A stretch of 64,000 nt of DNA, taken from the NCBI GenBank assembly GCA_949948835.1, contig CATLHF010000005.1:30245-94244 (forward strand), given 5' to 3'. The stretch comes from an uncultured Clostridia bacterium (GTDB lineage Bacteria > Bacillota > Clostridia > TANB77 > CAG-508). Shown here one piece after another: positions 22,297 through 31,709 of the stretch (position 1 is the first letter of the stretch; each line of letters begins with the position of its first letter). The position numbers and the translations under genes were made by a program. Under the pieces are notes generated by a model. That model did no database searches and was not told where the DNA came from. It was given only the letters and a program-made list of their open reading frames with translations.

Positions 22297-23257
22297 TTAT
22301 TGCGCCACTAATTTAAATGGATTTGCTTGACTTCCATCTCCACCATTCGTCTTGAGCTCCGGAAACAGACTGATAACAGGTCTTACTCCCATCGTCATAG
22401 ATTTTCCGGCGGGCTGTATTTGGCACCACACTAGCTGACACTGTATATATTCGACACAAATACTCTCCATCCGTCATCGTTTCAACAACCATATTATACG
22501 AAGCATATGTAATTAGAAAAATAACATCAGTCCCACTATTGGGATCTTGCACCGCCCTACTAGCGTACCAATATTTTCCCCCTTTATTCTGAATGCCTCC
22601 TCCTTGACTTTTAGCATTACGCATCGCTTCGTCATCAGTATTCCACGTTGAAATTCCTACTTTACAACCAGAATCCTTACTTCCATTATAATTTGCTGAC
22701 AACATATAATGTTCTGTTGTATTATCATCTGGATTTAATGGATCACTTCCTACACACCTTCCAGAAATTGCATATTTATCATTCACATATTTTCTACAAT
22801 ATGTATTTAATTTTTCTACCCCTTGATTATAATCTTCTCTTGCTTCATTTACATTGTTGCTTCCGATTGTCATTTCACCTAGTATTTCATCACTTATTAT
22901 TTGTATTCCATATGTTTCATCATTATACAATACTCTCCACAAACCATTATAGCCGTTTCCTCCATTATATTCCACGTAGTCTCCTGGTTGTACTTTCGTT
23001 TTTAACGTCTCTATTTCTACTGGAACTATTGGTGTGTTTCCATTTCCACCTACAATTATATTTTGTGCTTCGTTAAAAAAGTCTCCTATTGCTTCTTGCT
23101 CATATTCTGCTGCATTCTGATAATTTTTTCCTGCTTCTTTTGCCATGGTTAAGATACCACGTTCTCCTATTGTTAGATTAATTGTAATTCCTGCTAAAAT
23201 TAATAGCACAATAATTGTGATAACCAATGCGATAAGTGTTATTCCCTTGTTTTTCAT
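22297..23257 (-). CDS. Pilin-like variable protein, paralog C. The track ORF is 22313..23257, but the family-conserved C-terminus lies in the +1 frame after an in-frame CGG at 22406-22408.
   Basis: Frame 0 after CGC-CGG gives KIYDDGSKTCYQ...KSI*. The +1 frame gives GKSMTMGVRPVISLFPELKTNGGDGSQANPFKLVAQ*, which carries the RPV(V/I)xLK...KTNG motif shared with paralogs A and B. Confidence 0.55.
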
Positions 23258-23289
23258 TTTTCTTTTGTCTCCTTTTACTTTTTTGTTTT

Positions 23290-23318
23290 ATTATACATTT
23301 ACGTTTAGGAAAACTCAA
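23290..23318 (-). promoter_or_regulatory. Conserved sigma-A promoter of paralog C.
   Basis: Same TTGAGT-17-TATAAT block as upstream of paralog B. Confidence 0.5.
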
Positions 23319-23382
23319 TAAAATCAATGCTTTTTGAGTATCACTATTTTACGTAAAAAAGTAGACTTTAAAGTCTACTTTT

Positions 23383-23628
23383 TTATGCTTGTAATTCTGT
23401 TTTAACACTATCTACTTCTGTAACGCTTGCTTTTGCAGCTGGTTTATAGTATCCTTTTGTTTCCGCAATTTTGAAAAGCTCATATTGGAAACTTTCGTCA
23501 TTGTTTCTAATTTGTTGTAGTGTTTGTCTTAATTGCATATTTTCGCATTCTGAAATTGCATTTTGATAGGTTGTTAAATCGGTTTTAACATTACCTAAAA
23601 TATCATTTACCATTGTTTTTTCGTCCAT
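23383..23628 (-). CDS. CotF-like spore coat protein (Coat_F domain).
   Basis: 81 aa. Motif ...AISECENMQLRQTLQQI resembles the CotF family. RBS GGAGG. Confidence 0.55.
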   Translation of the reverse strand: MDEKTMVNDILGNVKTDLTTYQNAISECENMQLRQTLQQIRNNDESFQYELFKIAETKGYYKPAAKASVTEVDSVKTELQA

Positions 23629-23637
23629 GATAACCTC

Positions 23638-23826
23638 CTAATTATTTAAAAATGACATCAATTTTTGTTTTGTGTTTAACGCATCTTGAGCTGATTTTGT
23701 AAAGATTTGTTTAATTTGTGGATCTACTGCTTGTGATGAATAGGTATTTAGTTTTTGATAAACTGTTTCATGTGCTCCAATTAAATGTCTTAAATTTTGT
23801 AGTTCTACTTGGTTTAAATCTGCCAT
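23638..23826 (-). CDS. Small CotF-like spore coat protein. Likely start is MADLNQ at 23824-23826.
   Basis: RBS AGGAAGGA 6 nt upstream of the internal ATG. Similar in size and composition to its neighbour. Confidence 0.45.
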   Translation of the reverse strand: MADLNQVELQNLRHLIGAHETVYQKLNTYSSQAVDPQIKQIFTKSAQDALNTKQKLMSFLNN

Positions 23827-23942
23827 AAAAATCCTTCCTTTCTGATTTTTTCTTTTATTAGTTTGTACGAATTTTTGGATTTTTATACACATCGAATGCT
23901 TTTAAATTTTCAAAAAGGGTTGCAGATTGTGCAACCCTTACG

Positions 23943-26900
23943 TTATATTATTTCTAATCCTGCAAATTTTGCCATTAGGCGTTTATGTCCTACTTTATCA
24001 AATGTAATGTCTACTTTTAGGTCATCTCCTTCTTGTTCCACATAGTTTATGATTCCTTCTCCAAATTTCTTGTGATATACTCGTTTTCCTGCTTCGTATT
24101 TTGATAGGTCTATTTCTTGTTTTGGTTGGTTTGATAAGTTGTTTAAGAAGCTTTCGGCTGTTCGAAAAGCAAATGTATTTGATTTATTAATAGAACTTTT
24201 TACATTTTCTGCTTTTGCACTGTCCATTTTATAAGATGTTATATTGCTTCTATTATTTCCATATTGCCATCCATATGGACTTTCATTTACCATATTTTCT
24301 TTATTGTTTTGTATTTCTTCTAATCCCTCTAAATATTCTTCTGGGATTTCTTCAACAAATCTTGACATTGCATTATAACTAGTTGAACCAAAAATAGTTC
24401 TATGTTTCGCACAAGTAAAGTATAGATTATTTTGTGCTCTCGTAATTCCTACATAACATAAACGTCTTTCTTCTTCTAATTCTTTTGGCTCACCAATGGA
24501 TTTATACCCTGGAAAGATTCCTTCTTCCATTCCCACTAAAAATACAACTGGGAATTCTAGCCCTTTTGCACTATGTAATGTCATAAGGGTAACACAATCT
24601 TCACTTTCTTCTAAATTATCGATATCACTAGATAATGTAATACTTTCTAAAAATTCAGCAAGTGTATTATCTGCTGATTGTTCTTCAAATTCAATCGCGA
24701 CAGTTAAAAATTCTTCTAAGTTTTCGATACGGTTTTCTGCTTCAATTGAATTTTCTAATTCTAATGCTTTTGTATATCCTGTTTTATTTAATGTTTCTTT
24801 AATTAATTCTGAAATTTCAATTTGTCCAGCAAGTCCTCTTAGTTCCTCAATTGTTTCAATAAATTCTCTTGAGTTTACAAAAACACGATTTAATCCGTAG
24901 CTTGCGGCATCTTTAATAATTTCATACATGGATTTCGAATTTTCTTCTGCTATTTTTTGAACTTGTTCTAAACTTGTCTTCCCTATTCCACGCTTTGGTT
25001 CATTAATGATACGCATTAAACTTAAGTTATCATTTGGATTAAAGATTAATCTTAAATATGCGATAATATCTTTAATTTCTTTTCTTTCGTAGAATTTTAA
25101 TCCCCCAATAATTTTATAAGGAATATCTTCTCTTACCAAAATTTCCTCAATGGCACGAGATTGTGTATTCATTCGGTAAAGTACTGCAAAATCTGAATAC
25201 TTATAGTATTCTTCCCTTTTTAGGTGATTAATTTGCTCCACAAGATATCGTGCTTCATCATATTCATCTTCTGCTTTATATACGATTGGTAAATTTCCTT
25301 TTTCATTTTCAGTCCATAGTTTTTTATCGTATTTTACTTCATTATTTTTAATAACAGCATTGGCAGCATTTAAGATATTTCCTGTACAACGGTAATTTTG
25401 TTCTAGTTTAATAATTTTGGTTCCTGGGAAGTCACGTTCAAAGTTTAATATGTTTGAAATATCTGATCCTCTAAATCCATATATACAATTATGCACACAA
25501 ATTCCGTTCGCAAAATATTGCCTATATTCAGGAATATCAATATCATATACAGTTCCATTGTAATCATATCGTTCTACTTTCTTTACAATGTCTTTTTTCA
25601 ATACTCCATTATCGTTTATTGCAACAATCATATTTTCTCTTATATGTCCCAATGGCATAAAATTAAAATACTCTTCTTTTAATAACTTTATTTTATTAGA
25701 AATAATAATCTCTTCATCTACATTACTAATTTCTTTTACTAATTTATATGCTTCATCATAATTCGCTCTTGTAGTTTCAATTCTCCATGTAGAAGCTTTT
25801 CCTTTCCTTGTTATAAATCCCTTTCTTTCTAATTTATTTTTTAATTCTTTACTAGATGAATTTATATAAATTCTATGACTACATGGTTTTGTCTTTTTTT
25901 CGTCTCCTCCTAATATAGCAAAATTTAAAATTTTCCTTTGTGTTCCTCCTCTTATAGACGCTTGGGGAACTGCTATAGGATATTCTTTATATAGTTGCAA
26001 ATCTTCCATTAATTTATTAACTCTTTCTTCTGTTGGAATATTATAATACAATTGGTTAATTTTCTCTTGCGTCCATTGCACCTCTCTTCCTTTCGGGTGA
26101 AAAACTAATGTTGGAATTCCATATGTAAATGCATAAAATGACTCATAGTATCTTGCTTCTTGTAAATTATCACATACTTTTAATAGCCACATTTTATCTG
26201 CTTTCTCTTGTCTCATTCTAACCTTTAGACCATTCTCAATCTCACTGTAGTCATTTTTTCTTACTCCACTTGTTTGTCCAATTCTATATCCTAGTCCCTC
26301 TTTATACATCAAATACACATAAAATTTATTATATTCTGGAACTAAATTTGCAAAAACAATATGGTTTCCTGTACCTTCAATAGAGTATCCCTTTTGTGTT
26401 GTAATTTTTATTATCTTTCCTTTATATTTCTTCTCTTTTTTTCTTTCTACAACACCTTTTTGAATTTTCCCATTACCAGACGCACTTAACACCACGTCAC
26501 CAATTTGTATTTCTCTAATTTCTTTATTTCCATTTTCTGTTGCAATTAATGTATCTCCTACAAGGCATTGGTCGTTATCACCAACAACAGTGATATTTCC
26601 ATATCTAGATGCTAGAAGTGATACTAACATAAATTGTGCTTTGTTGGTATCTTGGTATTCATCTACTAATACATATTGGAATTTCTCTGTATAATATTCT
26701 AATACATCTGGATTTTCGGTTAATATTTTAATGGTAAAATTAATAATATCATCAAAATCAACAGCATTATTTTCTTTTAATCGTTTTTGGTATAACGTGT
26801 ATACACTTGCTATTTTTTCTTTTCTAAAATCTCCATTTGCTCTTGCAAGATACGCATCTGGCTCTAACATTTCATTTTTTGCATTACTAATCTCAGATGC

Positions 26901-27320
26901 TACAATTCGATCTGTGAACATTTTGTCATCAATATTTAGGTCTTTTAAACAATTTTTAATCATCATTCTTTGGTCTGAAGTATCAAAAATAATAAAAGAT
27001 GACTCAAATCCAATTCTATCAATATATCTTCTTAAAATACGCACACAAATAGCATGAAATGTTCCAATCCACATATCACGTGCTACTTTCCCTACTAATT
27101 TTTCTACTCTTTCTTTCATTTCGTTTGCTGCTTTATTGGTAAAAGTAATGGCTAATATATTCCATGGTTTTATCCCTTTTTCTTGCATTAAATAAGCGAT
27201 TTTATGTGTTAATACTTTTGTTTTTCCACTACCCGCTCCTGCAATAACAAGGCTTGGTCCTTCGTAATTTACAACTGCTTCATATTGTTTATCATTTAAT
27301 CCTTCTAATATTTCCTTCAT
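23943..27320 (-). CDS. pcrA: ATP-dependent DNA helicase PcrA (UvrD family) carrying a 360-aa intein in motif III.
   Basis: N-terminus matches PcrA (GPSLVIAGAGSGKTKVLTHKIAYL, FTNKAANEM). The extein junction is VVGDNDQ | C...VHN | CIYGFRGSDI. Walker B DEYQDT. Total 1125 aa. Confidence 0.85.
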   Translation of the reverse strand: MKEILEGLNDKQYEAVVNYEGPSLVIAGAGSGKTKVLTHKIAYLMQEKGIKPWNILAITFTNKAANEMKERVEKLVGKVARDMWIGTFHAICVRILRRYIDRIGFESSFIIFDTSDQRMMIKNCLKDLNIDDKMFTDRIVASEISNAKNEMLEPDAYLARANGDFRKEKIASVYTLYQKRLKENNAVDFDDIINFTIKILTENPDVLEYYTEKFQYVLVDEYQDTNKAQFMLVSLLASRYGNITVVGDNDQCLVGDTLIATENGNKEIREIQIGDVVLSASGNGKIQKGVVERKKEKKYKGKIIKITTQKGYSIEGTGNHIVFANLVPEYNKFYVYLMYKEGLGYRIGQTSGVRKNDYSEIENGLKVRMRQEKADKMWLLKVCDNLQEARYYESFYAFTYGIPTLVFHPKGREVQWTQEKINQLYYNIPTEERVNKLMEDLQLYKEYPIAVPQASIRGGTQRKILNFAILGGDEKKTKPCSHRIYINSSSKELKNKLERKGFITRKGKASTWRIETTRANYDEAYKLVKEISNVDEEIIISNKIKLLKEEYFNFMPLGHIRENMIVAINDNGVLKKDIVKKVERYDYNGTVYDIDIPEYRQYFANGICVHNCIYGFRGSDISNILNFERDFPGTKIIKLEQNYRCTGNILNAANAVIKNNEVKYDKKLWTENEKGNLPIVYKAEDEYDEARYLVEQINHLKREEYYKYSDFAVLYRMNTQSRAIEEILVREDIPYKIIGGLKFYERKEIKDIIAYLRLIFNPNDNLSLMRIINEPKRGIGKTSLEQVQKIAEENSKSMYEIIKDAASYGLNRVFVNSREFIETIEELRGLAGQIEISELIKETLNKTGYTKALELENSIEAENRIENLEEFLTVAIEFEEQSADNTLAEFLESITLSSDIDNLEESEDCVTLMTLHSAKGLEFPVVFLVGMEEGIFPGYKSIGEPKELEEERRLCYVGITRAQNNLYFTCAKHRTIFGSTSYNAMSRFVEEIPEEYLEGLEEIQNNKENMVNESPYGWQYGNNRSNITSYKMDSAKAENVKSSINKSNTFAFRTAESFLNNLSNQPKQEIDLSKYEAGKRVYHKKFGEGIINYVEQEGDDLKVDITFDKVGHKRLMAKFAGLEII
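25488..26567 (-). mobile_element. Intein (about 360 aa, with an endonuclease-like middle region) inserted in PcrA.
   Basis: Starts with Cys (CLVGDTLIA, block A), has block B TGNHIVF, ends GICVHN followed by a +1 Cys. The host sequence flanking it is the continuous UvrD motif III GDxDQ-IYGFRG. Confidence 0.75.
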
Positions 27321-27408
27321 GTCTTTCTCCTTTTATTCTTTGGTTTGATGGCAAATTTTTGTTTGTGTTTATTGTATGATAGTTTTTTGATTTCGTCAAG
27401 CATTATTT

Positions 27409-28126
27409 TTATTTTTGTTCATAAAAATAGTTCATAATTCCTATGTAGATCCCCCACGCAATTCGATTTTGATATTCTTCTTGCAATAACTGCTTTTCCT
27501 CTTCTGGATTGGATAAAAACCCGCATTCTACAATACTAGTTGGTATCTCAACATTTTTGATAATATACACATTATCAATTTTTAATGGCACTCTTTTATT
27601 TTCTTTTCCAACCGATTCATTTAAACTATTTTGCATACAAGTTGCAAGGGATTTACTTTGTTCATTTCCGTCTTTGTAAAAAGTTTGCCAGCCATAATAC
27701 TGTGATTGTGGAATTTTATTTAAATGAATACTAACAAAAATATCGGCACTTGACGTATTTCCAATTTTTACTCGATTTTTAATATCCGATACTTTCTTTT
27801 GTCTTAATGTTTTTGTATCTAAATCATAAATAGCATTCTCATCGGAACGTGTTAAGATAACATTACATCCACTTTGTTCTAATAGTTTTTGTACTTTTAA
27901 TGTAATTTTTAAATTTGTCGCAGCTTCTGTTACTCCATTTTCTGACTGCGCCCCTTGGTCTTCTCCGTCCGTGTCCTGCATCTAAGACGACTGTTTTTCC
28001 ACTAACTGGATGACTTACTGTTTGAACCGTTTCATACATATGGTTTGAACCAAGTAAATAGCTAAATATTGAAATAAAAATTGCTCCTATGATAATCATT
28101 ATTCTTTTTCTTTGTAATAAAATCAT
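27409..28126 (-). pseudogene. cwlD: Germination-specific N-acetylmuramoyl-L-alanine amidase CwlD. Frame interrupted at an in-frame CGG (27965-27967) inside the catalytic DAGHGG motif.
   Basis: ORF 27863..28126 ends ...VVLDAGHG-RRRPRG. ORF 27409..27981 starts in the +1 frame. Skipping the C gives LDAGHGGEDQGAQSENGVTEA, the conserved amidase_3 motif. Confidence 0.75.
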
Positions 28127-28256
28127 ACTTCTCTCCTATTTTCCTATTTTTTATATGTATATGTTTTGTTTCTTTTTATTATGAATAATTGAATTTGTTT
28201 CTTATTTTATGATATAATAATGTCAATTTATATCATTTTAAGGAGGTTTCTTTATT

Positions 28257-28832
28257 TTGAAAGAGTTAGAAGATAGAATTAAGATAGATGGAATCGCACT
28301 AAGTAACGACATATTAAAAGTAGATTCCTTTTTGAACCACCAAGTTGACCCTAATTTAATGAAAAAAATAGGAGAAGATTTTGCAAATCATTTTCAAGAT
28401 AAAAATATCACAAAAGTAGTTACTATTGAAAGTTCTGGAATTGCCCCAGCTCTTATGTGTGCACAGGTTTTGGGTGTTCCTCTTATTATACTGAAAAAAG
28501 CGGCTTCGAAAATTTTAAGTAACGATTTATATACTACTGATGTTACTTCTTTTACAAAAGGCATTACTTATCCTTTAACATTATCTAAAAAGTATATTTC
28601 TAAAAATGATAATGTTTTAATTATTGATGATTTTCTTGCTAATGGTGAAGCAGCATCTGGTGCTATTCGTTTAATGAAACTGGCATGTGCCAATATCGCA
28701 GGAATTGGTATCGTAATTGAAAAATCATTTCAGCCTGGTAGAAATAAATTAGAACAACTGGGATTTGAAGTTTATTCTCTCGCAAGAATTTCGAAATTAG
28801 ATAAGAATTATATTGAATTTATAAAAAGATGA
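28257..28832 (+). CDS. xpt: Xanthine phosphoribosyltransferase.
   Basis: 191 aa with the PRTase fold motif [14 protein letters not shown] and an Xpt-like N-terminus. RBS AAGGAGG. Confidence 0.85.
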   Translation: MKELEDRIKIDGIALSNDILKVDSFLNHQVDPNLMKKIGEDFANHFQDKNITKVVTIESSGIAPALMCAQVLGVPLIILKKAASKILSNDLYTTDVTSFTKGITYPLTLSKKYISKNDNVLIIDDFLANGEAASGAIRLMKLACANIAGIGIVIEKSFQPGRNKLEQLGFEVYSLARISKLDKNYIEFIKR

Positions 28833-28838
28833 TTTTAG

Positions 28839-28898
28839 GGACGGGGTAAAAAATCACCTTCTTAGTTTGAAGGATGATTTTTTACCCCGTCCCTAAAA
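28839..28898. repeat. GC-rich palindromic intergenic repeat, copy 1 (the full inverted-repeat form).
   Basis: GATGATTTTAGGGACGGGGTAAAAAATCACC...GGTGATTTTTTACCCCGTCCCTAAAATCATC. Related copies sit at 44550-44592 and 57071-57103. Confidence 0.6.
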
Positions 28899-28907
28899 TC
28901 ATCTTTT

Positions 28908-29834
28908 TTATTCATTTCTTCTATTAATAATATAACTACTTCCTACCATTGTTTTGGTCATGTGTTTTACTTGTGCTCCAACTTCTCCTATTTCTAATGT
29001 GTTACTAAATCTGTCTTCATCTACTTCTACAACACCTATTGAAATAGAAGTTAATGGGAATTGTTCCATAATTCCTCTACGGTTTGCTACTTCCACATAT
29101 CCTCTTAAAGCATCTTCTTTTGTAAAATATTCTATTACTTTTTCATCAAATTCTTTAATAATATTTTTGCAAATTTCATCATAGTCTGTTTCTGATACAA
29201 TAGCAATAAAGTCATCTCCACCAATATGTCCTACAAAACTACTTTCAGAGTTGCAGTTATGAATATTTCTTGATATGGTTCTTGCTGTAAATTTAATCAT
29301 TTCGTCCCCTTTGGTGAATCCATATAAATCATTATAAGATTTAAAGTTATCCAAATCTAAATATAATACGGCAAATCGTTCTTTTTTCAGTAAGCGTTTT
29401 TTCATTTCCGTTTGAATTTGAACATTTCCTGGCAATCCTGTTAAAGGACTAATTCTTCTATTCATGTACATTAATCTTACTAAGTTCTTAATGGTATAGT
29501 ATAAATAATCTTGGTCTACTGGTTTTACAATGTAGTATTCCACATTTAAACTTAAAATGGAAATACGATGTTCTTTTTGTCTTGATTCACTAAGCACAAT
29601 AATTGGAGTAATGCTATTGTCTTCATTGTCTCTAATTTGCCTACACAATTCTAAAATTTCTTTTCCTGTACCATCTTCGTTAATAATAATTAGAGAAGGA
29701 ATGTTTTTTAAAGCAATATCAATGTCTTTTGTTTTTACACTTTTAAATGTATATTCTTCTTCTTTTTCAAACATTTGCTTTATACTTTGGATTAATTTGT
29801 TGTCATCATCAATAATATAAATTTCTTGTACCAT
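28908..29834 (-). CDS. Response regulator with REC and GGDEF domains (GGDDF variant).
   Basis: N-terminal receiver IYIIDDD...IIVLSE. C-terminal RISPLTGLPGN...HIGGDDFIAIV. Confidence 0.75.
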   Translation of the reverse strand: MVQEIYIIDDDNKLIQSIKQMFEKEEEYTFKSVKTKDIDIALKNIPSLIIINEDGTGKEILELCRQIRDNEDNSITPIIVLSESRQKEHRISILSLNVEYYIVKPVDQDYLYYTIKNLVRLMYMNRRISPLTGLPGNVQIQTEMKKRLLKKERFAVLYLDLDNFKSYNDLYGFTKGDEMIKFTARTISRNIHNCNSESSFVGHIGGDDFIAIVSETDYDEICKNIIKEFDEKVIEYFTKEDALRGYVEVANRRGIMEQFPLTSISIGVVEVDEDRFSNTLEIGEVGAQVKHMTKTMVGSSYIINRRNE

Positions 29835-29845
29835 ATATTTCTCCT

Positions 29846-30625
29846 TTAATCTTTTGGCTTTCTTATATTTTCTTTTTTCTCTTTTAGAAATTCATTTATT
29901 CTTTCAATCGCATCGGATTTTATGGTTGGGAATGCTTTTTTTAAATGATTGGTTTGTTTTATTAATTTTCTTTTTAATTTTGTTTGTTTATATTTTAATT
30001 CTTCAATAACAGCTTGTAAGCTTTCTTTGTTAACTTGTTTTTTCTCTAATTCTTCTATTTTCTCTTTTAAGCTTTCTGTTATTTCCTTTAGTTTCTCTAA
30101 TTTAGATTTAATATTACTTACTTTAACAGAACTAACAATCGTATCGGTTATCATGGCAAGTGAAATCATAATCACATTAAATGTTAGAATGTTTGCTGGA
30201 ATCCTATCAATCTTTTCTGCAATAAATGGATGCATATAATGAATGAATATGACTCCTAAAAATCCCCAAAATAAGGAGTTTAGTAAACACACTCTTCCTT
30301 TTATATTGAATTTATTCCCAGTATAGTCCCAATATTTGGTATGAAATATTTTTTCCAGTAACCATCCAACGATATATTCCCATAAAGATAAGCTAAAAAA
30401 TGCAATCACAAATAATAAAATGATATTATCTTTAAATCCTTGTAAAAATAAGAACATAAAGATGGCACCAAATCCATAAATTGGGCAAAAGGGGCCATAT
30501 AAAAATCCACTATTAACTGGCTTTTTTTGTAAATATGTTTTTAATACTGATTCCATTACCCATCCAAAAAAGGAATAGATAATAAAATAAGAAATTAGCT
30601 TTATGAGATATAGATAATTTTCCAT
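29846..30625 (-). CDS. Polytopic membrane protein with a C-terminal coiled coil (hypothetical).
   Basis: 259 aa with about 6 TM helices, then KLEKLKEITESLKEKIEELEKKQ. Confidence 0.4.
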   Translation of the reverse strand: MENYLYLIKLISYFIIYSFFGWVMESVLKTYLQKKPVNSGFLYGPFCPIYGFGAIFMFLFLQGFKDNIILLFVIAFFSLSLWEYIVGWLLEKIFHTKYWDYTGNKFNIKGRVCLLNSLFWGFLGVIFIHYMHPFIAEKIDRIPANILTFNVIMISLAMITDTIVSSVKVSNIKSKLEKLKEITESLKEKIEELEKKQVNKESLQAVIEELKYKQTKLKRKLIKQTNHLKKAFPTIKSDAIERINEFLKEKKENIRKPKD

Positions 30626-30685
30626 GTTTTTTCATCCTTTTTATTTTAAGCATAATAGAGAAGGATTTTTCACCTTCTCTTGCTC

Positions 30686-31603
30686 CTATTGTACAATACA
30701 GATACCGTTTTTTAATTCGGTAATTCCACCCTCTTCATTTTCTGCTGTTATATCGATTTTATTTTCTCCTTGCTTTAGTTCTTGTTTATGCAAAACTACT
30801 TTTCTACCTTCACAATTCATTTGATAATTTTGTCCATTTAATGTAAAGTAAATCACTTTCATAGCCACTTCATCTTCTGCTTGAATAACCAATGCATTTC
30901 CTTCTTGTCTTACCATAAGTTTTGGTCTTCTTACTCCTTTTACTTCAAGTTCTTTTGTTGTAATCATATTATCTGTATTTACTGCTTCTACTCTTAGTGT
31001 GTTTTGTCCTAGTGGAATTTCTACTAGTTCATCAATCAATTTTAAATCTTCTATATTAGCTTGTACTGTTACATAGTTTCCATTGTTCCAAGTATAGCGA
31101 ATATATTGTAGTCCTTTGGTGTCTTGTACTTTAATTCGTATTTTGTTTTCTTTGGTTACCAGTAGTTCAATAACTGGCTTTCCATCTCCATCTAATACAT
31201 ATTCTTTTACATAGTTTGATTCATTTCCATCTTTATCGATTACTGTTAAATACAATGTATTATTTCCAAATGGTAGTGAAATTTCTTCTGAAATACTTAA
31301 TCTATTATTTGTTTCAATTGTTTGGTCTGCTTCATTATTCCAATGATATGTTACTGTTGCAATTGATTTTGTATGTGTAATATTAATTAAAATGTTTTCT
31401 TCGGTTCTTTGAATATTGACATCTGGAACCACATTTTCTACTTTTGATTCACTTTTCTCTTTTGTTCCTGTAATCATGGCATATAAACCTTGTCCTACTA
31501 ATATAACACCTAAAATAATAATAGCAATGGCAAAAAACAGAACAATTTTATTGATTTCTACTGGACCATTTTTTTTATTTTCTGTTTGTAATATTTGATT
31601 CAT
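30686..31603 (-). CDS. Membrane-anchored protein with repeated beta-rich (Ig-like) domains (hypothetical).
   Basis: 305 aa with an N-terminal TM segment after a short cytoplasmic tail, then repeated beta-strand-like segments. Confidence 0.4.
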   Translation of the reverse strand: MNQILQTENKKNGPVEINKIVLFFAIAIIILGVILVGQGLYAMITGTKEKSESKVENVVPDVNIQRTEENILINITHTKSIATVTYHWNNEADQTIETNNRLSISEEISLPFGNNTLYLTVIDKDGNESNYVKEYVLDGDGKPVIELLVTKENKIRIKVQDTKGLQYIRYTWNNGNYVTVQANIEDLKLIDELVEIPLGQNTLRVEAVNTDNMITTKELEVKGVRRPKLMVRQEGNALVIQAEDEVAMKVIYFTLNGQNYQMNCEGRKVVLHKQELKQGENKIDITAENEEGGITELKNGICIVQ

Positions 31604-31709
31604 ATGGTTTTTACACCTCTTCTTTCATAAGGAATTATATCACACGCATTTTTTCTTGTAAATATGTTTACCAAAAAAGGACTCCCTTTTTAGGAAGTCC
31701 CTTTATTTA

